NCBI GenBank assembly: GCA_030324005.1
Contig: JARDVH010000106.1
Coordinates: 36,925,403-36,989,402, forward strand
DNA from: Negaprion brevirostris
Lineage: Eukaryota
Length of the DNA stretch: 64,000 nucleotides
Direction of reading: 5' to 3'
Positions within the stretch are counted from its first letter, which is position 1. Each line of letters opens with the position of its first letter. Position numbers and translations under genes: made by a program. Positions 63,626-64,000 of this stretch are shown here, piece by piece. The notes under the pieces are model-generated. The model saw only the letters and a list, made by a program, of their open reading frames with translations, was not told the DNA's origin and did not search any database.

Positions 63626-64000
63626 GAGGTACAATCTGATGTCAGTGAAGTGGTTAACTATGAGGTGACCACTGAGCTAACATACCCAGCAATGCACATT
63701 ATTTAATTACTTTCTGTTGAATTTATATAAGTGGATCATGATTTTATAACTAAACATCTCAAAAAGGGCGGCTTGTCCAGCTGCGCTTGCCCCAATGCCA
63801 GAAATTCCCGTTCTACAGACCTTTGCACGGTTCCCCCCTCCCCCTGGACCCCACGATTCCCGTGGCAGACGGGATGGGAAAATTCTGCCCAAAATCTTTT
63901 CATTTACGAGACTGTAAGTTGGCAATGCAAAGCCCGGAATCAGGATCTTGGGTTACACCTCACACCCTGTATAAATCATGTCAAACTTCAGGATAAAGTG

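Noticed and set aside
1-64000. Prokaryotic systems (CRISPR arrays, operons, defence systems) and true tRNA genes
   Set aside because: The sequence is vertebrate with no regularly spaced repeats; the tRNA-like A/B boxes all belong to SINE heads.

Overview
This is eukaryotic DNA, almost certainly from an elasmobranch (shark/ray), judged by the many HE1-type SINEs and HER1/CR1 LINEs. It comes from a gappy short-read scaffold. No intact protein-coding gene is visible: the ORF-track hits are retroelement or transposon remnants, or noise. The functional core is the vertebrate mir-222/mir-221 cluster on the + strand (hairpins at ~36940-37028 and ~39949-40042), whose mature 3p arms match the canonical sequences. 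A candidate host-gene promoter (two inverted CCAAT boxes plus TATA) lies at ~13.2-13.3 kb. A non-coding first exon ends at a GTGAGT donor (13908), and a candidate poly(A) signal sits at 41111, implying a ~28-kb pri-miRNA. Inside that transcript are two long inverted repeats. One (29181-29497 / 30195-30501) has a 62-bp perfect duplex and covers a well-formed 72-nt cassette exon. The rest is layered transposable-element debris: two CR1-clade families, L2, Rex1, Penelope-derived pieces, several SINE families, Ty3/Gypsy protease, RT and integrase relics, and a Harbinger transposase relic. One CR1-like LINE appears to carry a tRNA-SINE-like head as its 5' end. Repeat boundaries were set by eye and are approximate; family names are recalled, not database-verified.
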